From: Minisyncoccia bacterium
GTDB lineage: Bacteria; Patescibacteriota; Minisyncoccia; Phycocordibacterales; UBA5272
Direction: 5' to 3'
Length of the DNA stretch: 51,848 nucleotides
Assembly: GCA_039809325.1 (NCBI GenBank)
Contig: JBDHUS010000002.1
Location: 1 to 51,848 of the forward strand
A model generated the notes under the pieces. It did not search any database. It was not told the DNA's origin and was given only the letters and a program-made list of their open reading frames with translations. Both the position numbers and the translations under genes were made by a program. Below are positions 1 to 8,170 of the stretch, one piece after another. Numbering within the stretch: the stretch's first letter is position 1; each line of letters opens with the position of its first letter.

Positions 1-31
1 GCCGTCGGTTCTCAACCGATTAGTTCCATTC

Positions 32-116
32 TGGTGCCCAGGAGAGGACTTGAACCTCCAAGGATTTCTCCACTAGTTCCTAAGACTAGCGCGTATACCA
101 ATTCCGCCACCTGGGC
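32..116 (-). tRNA. tRNA-Leu (anticodon UAG), class II with long variable arm, 3' CCA encoded
   Basis: Reverse complement reads GCCCAGGTGGCGGAATTGGTATACGCGCTAGTCTTAGGAACTAGTGGAGAAATCCTTGGAGGTTCAAGTCCTCTCCTGGGCACCA. It has a 7-bp acceptor stem (GCCCAGG/CCTGGGC), an anticodon stem CTAGT/ACTAG with loop CTTAGGA (anticodon TAG), a long extra arm, and T-loop GGTTCAAGTCC. Confidence 0.92.
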
Positions 117-231
117 AATTATTTTTATTTATGCATTTTAACATAAAAAATAAAAACTTAAAAGAAAAATATTTATTTAAAAACTACTTCATTTTAAAGT
201 CAAATTATGTTAATATATGAAATAATAATTA

Positions 232-304
232 GCCCTTATAGCTCAGTCGGTAGAGCAGTTGCCTCTTAAGCAAACGGTCGTAGGTTCGAATCCTACTGAG
301 GGCA
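232..304 (+). tRNA. tRNA-Lys (anticodon CUU), CCA not encoded
   Basis: GCCCTTATAGCTCAGTCGGTAGAGCAGTTGCCTCTTAAGCAAACGGTCGTAGGTTCGAATCCTACTGAGGGCA. Acceptor stem is GCCCTTA/TGAGGGC, D-loop AGCTCAGTCGGTAGAGC, anticodon loop CTCTTAA (CTT), and T-arm GTAGG-TTCGAAT-CCTAC. It is followed by CAAAAA, so CCA must be added post-transcriptionally. Confidence 0.9.
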
Positions 305-313
305 CAAAAATCA

Positions 314-733
314 TTAAAGATGTTTTTTAATGTCTTCTAAATTACTAAGATCTTTTTCAACCCAAAGTACGTTTATATTTGATTTTTCTAAAACTTTATC
401 AACAAACTTATCTCTTCGTGTTCTTCCTTCTATACCATGTGTATGATCTAACAACTCTATTGCTAATTTTATTTTAAAATCTTCCTTTGTAAATAAACCA
501 AAATCTAAAGTTTTCCTACTAACTCTATTCCATAAGTACCACCAAAAACTTCTGTTCTTCATATTAACCAAGTATAAAAGGCTCCCCAAATTTACTTGTG
601 GGACAATATAATACTTACCTTCATACTTATCCTTAACCAATTCTTCCAACTTTCTAAAAAGTCTCATCTCTGGAGCCGACAGATAATGATACTTTCCTTT
701 ATATAATAAAAATCTATTATCTTTATTTTTCAT
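314..733 (-). CDS. DUF2726-like (PD-(D/E)xK nuclease-fold) protein
   Basis: 139-aa ORF. The pattern YYIVPQVNLGSLL ... LDFGLF ... LAIELLDHTHG ... RRDKFVDKVLEKSNINVLW matches my recollection of the DUF2726 / endonuclease-like fold family. The assignment is from memory only. Confidence 0.55.
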   Translation of the reverse strand: MKNKDNRFLLYKGKYHYLSAPEMRLFRKLEELVKDKYEGKYYIVPQVNLGSLLYLVNMKNRSFWWYLWNRVSRKTLDFGLFTKEDFKIKLAIELLDHTHGIEGRTRRDKFVDKVLEKSNINVLWVEKDLSNLEDIKKHL

Positions 734-779
734 ATATTTGAATATATGAAAATTATATCATACTGGCTAGTTTTTTATT

Positions 780-1079
780 TTATACTTTGATTTTCGAGAT
801 ATCCACCCCTTCACTTTTTAAAAGCTTTAATTTTTCTTTTATTCCTCCTTTTCCCGAATATCCTCCAAGCTTCCCGTCACTCCTTATAACCCGGTGACAC
901 GGTATAGATACCAGCAATTTATTTCTCCCAACCGCAGTGCCAACTGCTCGCACTGCATTTGGTAAACCAATCCGATTAGCAAGTTCTTTATAAGTCACAA
1001 CTTCACCTTTCTTTATTTTTAATAATTCACTCCAGACTTTTTTCTGAAACGAAGTTCCGTCTTGATAAAATTTATTCAT
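780..1079 (-). CDS. ogt: methylated-DNA--protein-cysteine methyltransferase (MGMT/Ogt, catalytic domain only)
   Basis: 99 aa with the active-site motif IPCHRVI and the preceding helix-turn-helix TYKELANRIGLPNAVRAVGTAVGRN. It overlaps the upstream DHH gene by 8 nt. Confidence 0.8.
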   Translation of the reverse strand: MNKFYQDGTSFQKKVWSELLKIKKGEVVTYKELANRIGLPNAVRAVGTAVGRNKLLVSIPCHRVIRSDGKLGGYSGKGGIKEKLKLLKSEGVDISKIKV

Positions 1080-1971
1080 TACTTTTTATTACTTTTTTAA
1101 GAAAGTCATTTATAAAAACAGGATCAGTTGATCTAAAAGCTGCAGCATTAAAATGTCCACCTCCAGAATATTTTTTAGCTAAAATATTTAGATCTGTTTT
1201 TCCTTGTCCCCTCAAACTAAACTTTAATTCACCTTTCTCAAAGGTATAAATAATAGAAAATTTTGATTTTGATTTTTCAGCAAGTCTATGTCCAAGTTCA
1301 TTTTTAAATACACTACTTGCGTTTATAGCATATACATCATGCCCATCAAAATTTATAAGTACAGCATTTTCAAGCTGATCATTAATTTTTTGTAAATATC
1401 CAGTTTGTAAAATTGTTCCGATATTTTTAATCTCCAAAAACTTATTTTTATCTTCTAAATCCTTTTCAGCTTTTTGAAAAATTTTAAAATCAAAATTTAA
1501 TGTATAAATATATGAAAGAATTTCCTTTTCAAATTTTTGACTACCCCAATTATATGTATCGCCCGCAGAAATGTATTTAATTATCTTAGGAATTTCTTTT
1601 TTGGAAAAAAAGTATTCGTGAGCGAGATATGCGCCTGACACTCCATCTCTAAAAATAGACCCTTCCAAGGATTGCACCAAATCTTTTGCGCCAATATGAT
1701 GATCTATAACTATTATTTTTTTAACTGTTTTTTGAACCTTTTTTAATTCTGTTTCTTTTAAGCAAAAATCAATAAAATATATTTCTTTGTCTTTTAGATC
1801 ATTTATTTTTACTTTTTTACTTTTTAAAATATCTTCACCACTTGCAGTATAAGAGAGTGGAATATACTGTGCCTTATCTTTAAACTTTTTCCACGCAGTA
1901 TATGCTGAAGCAAAGCCATCAGTGCAATGCTCGTGATAAAAAATAATAATGTCTTTGGTTATTTTAGTCAT
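1072..1971 (-). CDS. DHH/DHHA1-family phosphoesterase (nanoRNase/pAp-phosphatase-like)
   Basis: 299 aa. It has N-terminal HEHCTDGFASA, the DHH motif IVIDHHIG, and the C-terminal DHHA1 motif GGGHFNAAAF. Confidence 0.75.
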   Translation of the reverse strand: MTKITKDIIIFYHEHCTDGFASAYTAWKKFKDKAQYIPLSYTASGEDILKSKKVKINDLKDKEIYFIDFCLKETELKKVQKTVKKIIVIDHHIGAKDLVQSLEGSIFRDGVSGAYLAHEYFFSKKEIPKIIKYISAGDTYNWGSQKFEKEILSYIYTLNFDFKIFQKAEKDLEDKNKFLEIKNIGTILQTGYLQKINDQLENAVLINFDGHDVYAINASSVFKNELGHRLAEKSKSKFSIIYTFEKGELKFSLRGQGKTDLNILAKKYSGGGHFNAAAFRSTDPVFINDFLKKVIKSNE

Positions 1972-2069
1972 AAATTTTTATAAAAAAATTATAGCATGAA
2001 AAAGTTTTTTATGTTAAAATGACTTAAATCTTAAGATATAGCTAAAGCTATATACTCAAAAATAAAATT

Positions 2070-3644
2070 ATGGCAAAAGACAATATTTACAGAAATAATG
2101 ATGAACAAAAAAATATATCAAGTACTTGGGGAGAATCAGTTCTCTCTTTTCAAGATTTAACTTTTTACTATCATGAAAATAAACCAATATTAAAAGAGGC
2201 AAATTCAAATATTCGTCGCGGACAAAAATTAACTCTAATGGGTCAAAATGGAGCTGGAAAATCTACCCTATTTTCTTTAATAGTTAAAGAAAATAAACCA
2301 GTAGAAGGCAGAGTAATAATTGGAAATGATTTAAAAATTTCTCTTGCAAAACAATTTATACCGCATTCAAAATGGGAAAATACTGTTCGTGAATTTTTAG
2401 AAGAAGCATTTCCTGAAAAAGTTTATGATATAGATAAGAAGGCCGAAGAAGTTTTTGGAATTATAAATCTACATCCAATTCATAAAACAAAAGATATAAA
2501 AACAAAAAAAGATGAAGCGCTACACTTGCTTGAAAAAAAAATAAAAGAACTCTCTGGTGGACAAAAAGGTAAATTACTTATAGCTCAAGCTTTAATATCA
2601 AATCCAGATATACTTTTACTTGATGAACCTACCAATAATCTTGATAAAGAAGCTGTAAAAATGCTTACAGAATTCATGAAAAATTATACCGGTACTGCAA
2701 TAGTGATTTCTCATGATGAAAACTTTTTAAACTCTTTTACACACGGAATACTCTATGTAAATACTCAAAATAATAAATTAGAACAATATGTAGGAAATTA
2801 TTTTAAAGCACTTGATGAAATAAAAAGACAAATAGAAAGAGAAAAAAGAGAAAATGCACAACTTGAAAAAAAGATACAAGAAAATAAAGATAAAGTAAAC
2901 TTTTTTGCACATAAAGGAGGAAAAATGAGAAAGCTTGCTGCAAAGCTCAAAGATGAATATGAAGAAATGGAAGATAATATGGTAGATGAAAGAAAAGAAG
3001 ATAGAACAATTCGTAATTTTAATATTAAAATAAATGAAGATGAAAAAGAAAAGCTTGGTGGAATAATAATAGAAATAGATAAATTAAATCTTTTAAAACA
3101 CGGTGAACCTATAGATGTAAATATAAAAAAGATAGAACTTCGAAAAGGAGATAAATTACAAATAATAGGACCAAATGGTATTGGTAAAACTACTTTACTT
3201 GAAAGAATTGCTAAAAAAATAGCAACTGGTATAAAAATAAAAGAAGGAATAAATATTGGATATTATAGACAAGATTTTACTACTCTTGATTTTAATAATT
3301 CAGCATATCAAGAACTTTCAAAAGCTTCTAGAAAATTAGATGATCATAATTTAAGAAGTACTGCTGCAGGATTTCTTTTAAGTGGAAAAGAATTAGCTAC
3401 ACAGGTATCACATTTGTCAGAAGGGCAAAAAGGACTTTTAATGTTTTGCTATTTAACTTTACTTGAGCCAGGAATACTTATTTTTGATGAGCCAACAAAT
3501 CATATTAATTTTAGACATATTCCCATCATAGCAGAGGCTATTAAGAATTATGAAGGTGTTGTGATAATAGTATCTCATGTTAATAACTTTGTAAGACAAA
3601 TAGGTGTAAATCAAATACTAGATTTAAATAAACTTACTAATTAA
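2070..3644 (+). CDS. ABC-F family ATPase (two ABC cassettes, no TM domain; translation-factor type)
   Basis: 524 aa. It has two Walker A motifs (GQNGAGKST, GPNGIGKTT), two signature motifs (LSGGQKGKL, LSEGQKGLL), two Walker B motifs (LLLDEPTN, LIFDEPTN), and a charged K/E linker between the cassettes. Confidence 0.85.
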   Translation: MAKDNIYRNNDEQKNISSTWGESVLSFQDLTFYYHENKPILKEANSNIRRGQKLTLMGQNGAGKSTLFSLIVKENKPVEGRVIIGNDLKISLAKQFIPHSKWENTVREFLEEAFPEKVYDIDKKAEEVFGIINLHPIHKTKDIKTKKDEALHLLEKKIKELSGGQKGKLLIAQALISNPDILLLDEPTNNLDKEAVKMLTEFMKNYTGTAIVISHDENFLNSFTHGILYVNTQNNKLEQYVGNYFKALDEIKRQIEREKRENAQLEKKIQENKDKVNFFAHKGGKMRKLAAKLKDEYEEMEDNMVDERKEDRTIRNFNIKINEDEKEKLGGIIIEIDKLNLLKHGEPIDVNIKKIELRKGDKLQIIGPNGIGKTTLLERIAKKIATGIKIKEGINIGYYRQDFTTLDFNNSAYQELSKASRKLDDHNLRSTAAGFLLSGKELATQVSHLSEGQKGLLMFCYLTLLEPGILIFDEPTNHINFRHIPIIAEAIKNYEGVVIIVSHVNNFVRQIGVNQILDLNKLTN

Positions 3645-3972
3645 TTGCCTCAAAAATAAAATCTTCTTTTATTTCTTTAAATTTATCTAAAGCCATATTA
3701 GCTAATTCCATTTTTGCTTCTTCAAGTTCTTTTAAATAAAGTTCTCTTAAATCTTTAGTTGGAATATCTTTATCTAAAATCAATCTCTCTTTTATTTCTT
3801 TTTCTAAATATTCAAATTGATTAATATAAAAATTTTCAACAGATTCTATCTTTTTGTCTAATTGCATCAAGATAAAAATATTATTCTCAAAAAAACTTTT
3901 TAACCCCTGATCTTCTTCTTTTAATTTATTTAATTCCATATTTTTATTTTTTATATCTTTCTCCCATACCAA
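3637..3972 (-). CDS. hypothetical acidic coiled-coil protein (paralog of 40026..40343)
   Basis: 111-aa ORF overlapping the stop of the upstream gene. It aligns by eye to the 105-aa ORF at 40026..40343 (DIKN..., LKSFFENN/FKTFFTEN, KKIESVENFY/KKLEEIENYW). No known family recognised. Confidence 0.5.
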   Translation of the reverse strand: MVWEKDIKNKNMELNKLKEEDQGLKSFFENNIFILMQLDKKIESVENFYINQFEYLEKEIKERLILDKDIPTKDLRELYLKELEEAKMELANMALDKFKEIKEDFIFEAIN

Positions 3973-5569
3973 AAGTAAATAATAAATTTAAAAATCCTAA
4001 TAAACCACTACCTTTTTTATTTTCTTTATTATTATTTTTGGAATAATTTTCATAAACATTATCAATACTTTCTCTTAAATAATCAAAACCTTCTTCTTTG
4101 ACTTTATTTATAAATTCTCCTCTTACTTTTTCATACCCTTCTTTTGAAGAAAGCTCTGCTTCTCTATTTATTCTCTCTTTATCTTTTAATACTTCTTTAT
4201 TCTTATCTTCTAAATCTACTTTTACTCTTGAGATCTTATCTAAAGATTTAATTTTTGACTTTAATTTCTTTATTTCTTCTTTATCTCCAGCAAAATTTCT
4301 ATTCTTCAAAAACTCTATACGTTTTTTATAATAAATAAGATCTTTTTCTATATATATAGAATATCTTCTTCTCATAGCTTCTGTTTTAGAAGCTTCTTTT
4401 ATTTTTTCATTTCTCATTTCTATTTCTTTTTCAGCATTATCTCTCATAGAAAGCTTATTTAAAATCTCTTCTCTTACTAATGGTCTTTGTAAATCTTCAA
4501 ACATATCCAAAGTCATTCCATAATTTTTGATTATTTCTTCTTTAGATGGAATTCCGTTATAATCATGTAGGTCTTTTTTTATATTTTCTATATCCTGAAA
4601 ACGTTGAAGTATCATTTCTTTTTCTTTTTCTTTTCTTTCTTCTTTATTTTTTATATTAGACAATATTTCTAAATTCTTCTCGCCTAAAATTTCTGCAAAA
4701 TATTTATCATTTAAAGTCTTTACTCTATCTACATAAAGATTTCTTATATCTTTTCTTTCCTTTTTTAATTTTCTTGCATTCCATATCCTAGATAAAAAAT
4801 TATCTTCTTTGGCCTTAAATTCTTCTGGAAAATATTCTCTACCCACAAAGTACTCTCTTTCTTTCTTCTTTGCTTTATATTCTTCTTCTTTTTGTCTATT
4901 TTTTTCTTCTTTTTCTCTTCTTTTTTGTTCGTTAATCTTCTCTTCTCTTATTTTATTAATATTTTTTGCTCTTCTCTTTACTTCTTCTTTGTATTGTTTT
5001 TCTTCTTGCTTTTTATTATTTCTTTCCTCTCTTAATTTTTTAAGTAATTTACTATTTTCTTCCATTTTTTCAAAAAAATTGTTTTCATAATTATACATTT
5101 TTTGATCAAACTCTTTAACTTTATCTGTTGCTTTATTAACTACTTCAACAAGTATGCCAGTTTTTTTTCTTACTATACCACTTATTTTTGAAAAAAAATT
5201 TTTTGCTTTTGATTTTGAATCATCCGAAATATTCATATCATCAATGATTTCTGATGTTTCTTCGTCTACTTTTAATTCTATTTCTGGTAAATTTTCTTCT
5301 AATCCTAGATTACTTTCTATTTCTTCTACTTCTTTTATATATTCCACTTCTTTATCATCTTGTTTTTGTTCTTTTTGATTTTTAAAGTAAGAATCTACTA
5401 AATATTTACTATTTAAACGAGCTAAAACATTTGATACTTCTCTTCTGCTATTTTTGTCTTTATTTACTTTCATTCCTTTAGCAGACTCTTTAAGCCTTCT
5501 TACAAATCTACTATTCTTTTCTTTTTGTGGTATTCTTCCCACTTTTTCCTCTCTATTAAATCCTTCCAT
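3944..5569 (-). CDS. hypothetical K/E-rich coiled-coil protein with short Gly/hydrophobic C-terminal tail
   Basis: 541-aa uninterrupted ORF with extreme Lys/Glu/Asn composition. It ends ...NKKGSGLLGFLNLLFTFGMGERYKK. No catalytic motif recognised. Confidence 0.55.
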   Translation of the reverse strand: MEGFNREEKVGRIPQKEKNSRFVRRLKESAKGMKVNKDKNSRREVSNVLARLNSKYLVDSYFKNQKEQKQDDKEVEYIKEVEEIESNLGLEENLPEIELKVDEETSEIIDDMNISDDSKSKAKNFFSKISGIVRKKTGILVEVVNKATDKVKEFDQKMYNYENNFFEKMEENSKLLKKLREERNNKKQEEKQYKEEVKRRAKNINKIREEKINEQKRREKEEKNRQKEEEYKAKKKEREYFVGREYFPEEFKAKEDNFLSRIWNARKLKKERKDIRNLYVDRVKTLNDKYFAEILGEKNLEILSNIKNKEERKEKEKEMILQRFQDIENIKKDLHDYNGIPSKEEIIKNYGMTLDMFEDLQRPLVREEILNKLSMRDNAEKEIEMRNEKIKEASKTEAMRRRYSIYIEKDLIYYKKRIEFLKNRNFAGDKEEIKKLKSKIKSLDKISRVKVDLEDKNKEVLKDKERINREAELSSKEGYEKVRGEFINKVKEEGFDYLRESIDNVYENYSKNNNKENKKGSGLLGFLNLLFTFGMGERYKK

Positions 5570-5800
5570 ATATAGATAAATTATATCATATAATTTGGCT
5601 GATTTTTAAATAGAGACATAAAAAGCAAAAAGATAAGAATAAATTTATATATAGTAATTTTGTTAAAAATATGATAATATAATATTGTAAGTTCGCTCGG
5701 ACTAGCTTCAATAAAAATTATCTCTATACAAGTTTTAGTTTGATGTGTGGGTATAGGAAAAGCTTCACTTACGTGTTATAAAAATAATTAAAAAAATAAA

Positions 5801-6085
5801 ATGCAAGAAAACAAATTATACGTTGGAGGTATATCTTATTCCGCAACAAATGAGGACTTAAAAAAACACTTCGAAACAGCAGGAGAGGTTAAAGATGCTG
5901 TGATCATTATGGATAAAATGACTAGAAGATCAAAAGGGTTTGGTTTTGTAGAAATGACTTCAAAAGAAGATGCTCAAAAAGCTATTTCTATGCTCCATGA
6001 TAAAGAATTTCAAGGAAGAAAACTTACAGTAAATGTAGCTCGTCCTATGGAAGCTAGAGAAGAAAGACCAAGAAGAAATTTCTAA
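5801..6085 (+). CDS. RRM-type (RNP-1/RNP-2) RNA-binding protein
   Basis: 94 aa with RNP-2 LYVGGI and RNP-1 KGFGFVEM. The C-terminal tail is Arg/Glu-rich. Confidence 0.85.
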   Translation: MQENKLYVGGISYSATNEDLKKHFETAGEVKDAVIIMDKMTRRSKGFGFVEMTSKEDAQKAISMLHDKEFQGRKLTVNVARPMEAREERPRRNF

Positions 6086-6109
6086 TCTTTCAAATCTATA
6101 AAATAAAAA

Positions 6110-6140
6110 CACTCTATGATTTGTAGAGTGATTTTATTTT
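6110..6140. terminator. putative bidirectional terminator between convergent RRM gene and rnc
   Basis: Stem CACTCTA (6110-6116) / TAGAGTG (6124-6130) with a 7-nt loop. It is flanked by an A-run upstream and ATTTTATTTT downstream. Confidence 0.45.
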
Positions 6141-6879
6141 ATATTTTATCCCAATTATTTTTATTAATAGCATTTGTAGCAGCATCTGTCTCGGCTTCTT
6201 GTTTACTTCTACCTTCACCTTCTGCTATTTTATCAATACCAAAATAAATTCCTACAATAAACTTTTTATCATGATCTGGACCAGATTCAGATAATACTTT
6301 ATAGCTTGGAGTAATAGATAATATTTCTTGAGATTTTTCTTGTACAAAGCTTTTAGCATCTTTATATTTTCCAGCTCTGATAATATCATCTGTATGTATT
6401 AGTAAAGTCTTCTCTATAAAATCCTTAGCATCATCATATCCTTTATCTAAAAATACAGCCCCAATAAAAGATTCATATGTATCTGCAAGTATAGAAAGTC
6501 TAGCTTTACCAAAGTCTTTACTTTCACCTTTTGAGAGAAATAAATAATCATTAAAATCTAAATTTTTAGCTATTTCACTAATTGATTTTGTATTTACAAG
6601 TGCTGCGCGATAACTAGTAAGTTCGCCTTCTGCTAAATCTTGAAATTTATGATAAAGAAAATTAGTAGCAACAAGCTCAAGCACTGCATCACCTAAAAAT
6701 TCCAATCTTTCATTATGTCCTAGCTTTACTCCACTATTTTCATTAATATATGATCTATGTATAAAAGCTTGTATTAGAAGATTTTTGTTTTTAAAAAATA
6801 TACCTATCTTATTCTCTAAATGAGAAAAATCTTTATCTTTTTTTTCATTTTTATTATTTATTACTTTTTTATTTGCCAT
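6139..6879 (-). CDS. rnc: ribonuclease III
   Basis: 246 aa with the RNase III signature NERLEFLGDAVLE and a C-terminal dsRBD (...GPDHDKKF...GEGRSKQEAE). It overlaps the nusB-nudix stop by 11 nt. Confidence 0.9.
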   Translation of the reverse strand: MANKKVINNKNEKKDKDFSHLENKIGIFFKNKNLLIQAFIHRSYINENSGVKLGHNERLEFLGDAVLELVATNFLYHKFQDLAEGELTSYRAALVNTKSISEIAKNLDFNDYLFLSKGESKDFGKARLSILADTYESFIGAVFLDKGYDDAKDFIEKTLLIHTDDIIRAGKYKDAKSFVQEKSQEILSITPSYKVLSESGPDHDKKFIVGIYFGIDKIAEGEGRSKQEAETDAATNAINKNNWDKI

Positions 6880-7798
6880 AATTCTTATTTATCTTCTCTA
6901 TTCCTAAAGATACAATAGGCTTTATATCTTCGTAGATTTTTAAATTTTCTATTTGATCAAGTGAGAACCATTTTGCTTCAAGAAGCCCAGTATTATTTTC
7001 TTCTAATTTTAAGGGCTCATATTTACCTTCCGCTAAGAAATATGATACATGTTTTTTAATTTTTTCTAAAGGCTTTTTAAGATCTTCTTCTGTAAGTTCT
7101 TCTTTTTTCTTTACATTTGCTATATAAGTATTTTCTTGTAATTTGTCTTTTATTACTACATTTATACCTATCTCTTCTTTTATTTCTCTAATAGCTCCAA
7201 CTCTAATATCTTCATCTTCTTCTAATTTTCCTTTTGATAAAGTCCAAAACCCAAATATATCTTTTACAAATGCTAAAAATACTTTTTCTTGATAGATAGA
7301 ATATACTAAGCATCCTGCTAAATTTATAGTTTCTAAATTATTTTTTTTTTTGCTTTTTTCTTCCCTTCTTGGCTCACCCATTTCCTTATAAATAGTACCA
7401 AGCACTCCATTTACAAATTTATGTGAGGAATTGCTACTATAATTTTTAGCAAGCTCTATAGCTTCGTCTATTGCAACTTTTGGAGGAACTTTTTCTCCAT
7501 AAAATAGAAGTTCAGCTAGACCAATTCTTAAAATATTTCTATCTATAGCATTTATTTTATCTAAAGGCCATTCAGGAGCTGCACGAGAAATAATATCATC
7601 TAAAGTAGACAACCTCTCTTGTATATTAGTAAGTAAATCTAGAATAAATCCGTCATCTGAAGTACCAGCAAATTCATCGACTTCCCTATCTATAATTTTT
7701 TCTAAATCTTCTTTTTTAATATTTAAATTATCATTAATATCTAATTCATAAAGAACTTGAAGAGCGATACCTCTAGCTAAATGTCTATTTATAATCAT
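6869..7798 (-). CDS. nusB: NusB antitermination domain fused to a Nudix hydrolase domain
   Basis: The likely start is Met25 of the track ORF (MIINRHLARGIALQVLYELD...), a typical NusB N-terminus. The C-terminal half carries a perfect Nudix box, GKLEEDEDIRVGAIREIKEEIGI (GX5EX7REUXEEXGU). The domains are joined by EEKSKKKNN, encoded on an A11 run (7341-7351). Confidence 0.8.
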   Translation of the reverse strand: MIINRHLARGIALQVLYELDINDNLNIKKEDLEKIIDREVDEFAGTSDDGFILDLLTNIQERLSTLDDIISRAAPEWPLDKINAIDRNILRIGLAELLFYGEKVPPKVAIDEAIELAKNYSSNSSHKFVNGVLGTIYKEMGEPRREEKSKKKNNLETINLAGCLVYSIYQEKVFLAFVKDIFGFWTLSKGKLEEDEDIRVGAIREIKEEIGINVVIKDKLQENTYIANVKKKEELTEEDLKKPLEKIKKHVSYFLAEGKYEPLKLEENNTGLLEAKWFSLDQIENLKIYEDIKPIVSLGIEKINKNYGK

Positions 7799-7898
7799 AT
7801 TTTTATTTTTACTGATTAAAGTATAACATAAAAATAAAAAAGAAATTAAATTAGGACTATACCGTCCCAATTTATAAATTATAAAACTTATAAAACCA

Positions 7899-8084
7899 CT
7901 AAGCGGTCTTTGCTTTTACCTTTCTAACCATTCTTCCTTTATACATTCCACAATTATCGCATGCTGTATGAGTATAAATCATAGCTCCACAATTTTTACA
8001 TCCTACTAAATTAGCCTTTTTCAAAGCGTGGTGACTTCTTCTATTTGCGCTGTGAGCTCTTGTATGTCTCATTCTTACTACCAT
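7899..8084 (-). CDS. rpmF: 50S ribosomal protein L32 (Cys4 zinc-ribbon form)
   Basis: 61 aa with a basic N-terminus, RMRHTRAHSANRRSHHALK, followed by CKNCG...CDNCG. Confidence 0.85.
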   Translation of the reverse strand: MVVRMRHTRAHSANRRSHHALKKANLVGCKNCGAMIYTHTACDNCGMYKGRMVRKVKAKTA

Positions 8085-8170
8085 AAATTTGTATATATTA
8101 TTAATAAAAATAATATCATTTTTTTATAATTTTTGCAAATTAAAAAACCTACATATGTAGGTTTTCAATT

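Noticed and set aside
1-31. A small hairpin TCGGTT-CTC-AACCGA at the window start, considered as a partial tRNA or a terminator downstream of tRNA-Leu.
   Set aside because: It is too short, has no tRNA arms, and is truncated by the window edge. It cannot be interpreted.
4098-5378. Plus-strand ORFs (4098..4331, 4809..5090, 5154..5378) encoding S/F/L-rich peptides.
   Set aside because: They are mirror images of the K/E-rich minus-strand gene, where AAA/GAA codons read as TTT/TTC on the other strand. Their low-complexity composition has no independent signals.
7799-7870. A 24-aa N-terminal extension of the NusB ORF (MGRYSPNLISFLFLCYTLISKNKN).
   Set aside because: NusB homology starts at the next Met (MIINRHLARG...). 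The extension is hydrophobic junk lying in the promoter-like spacer.
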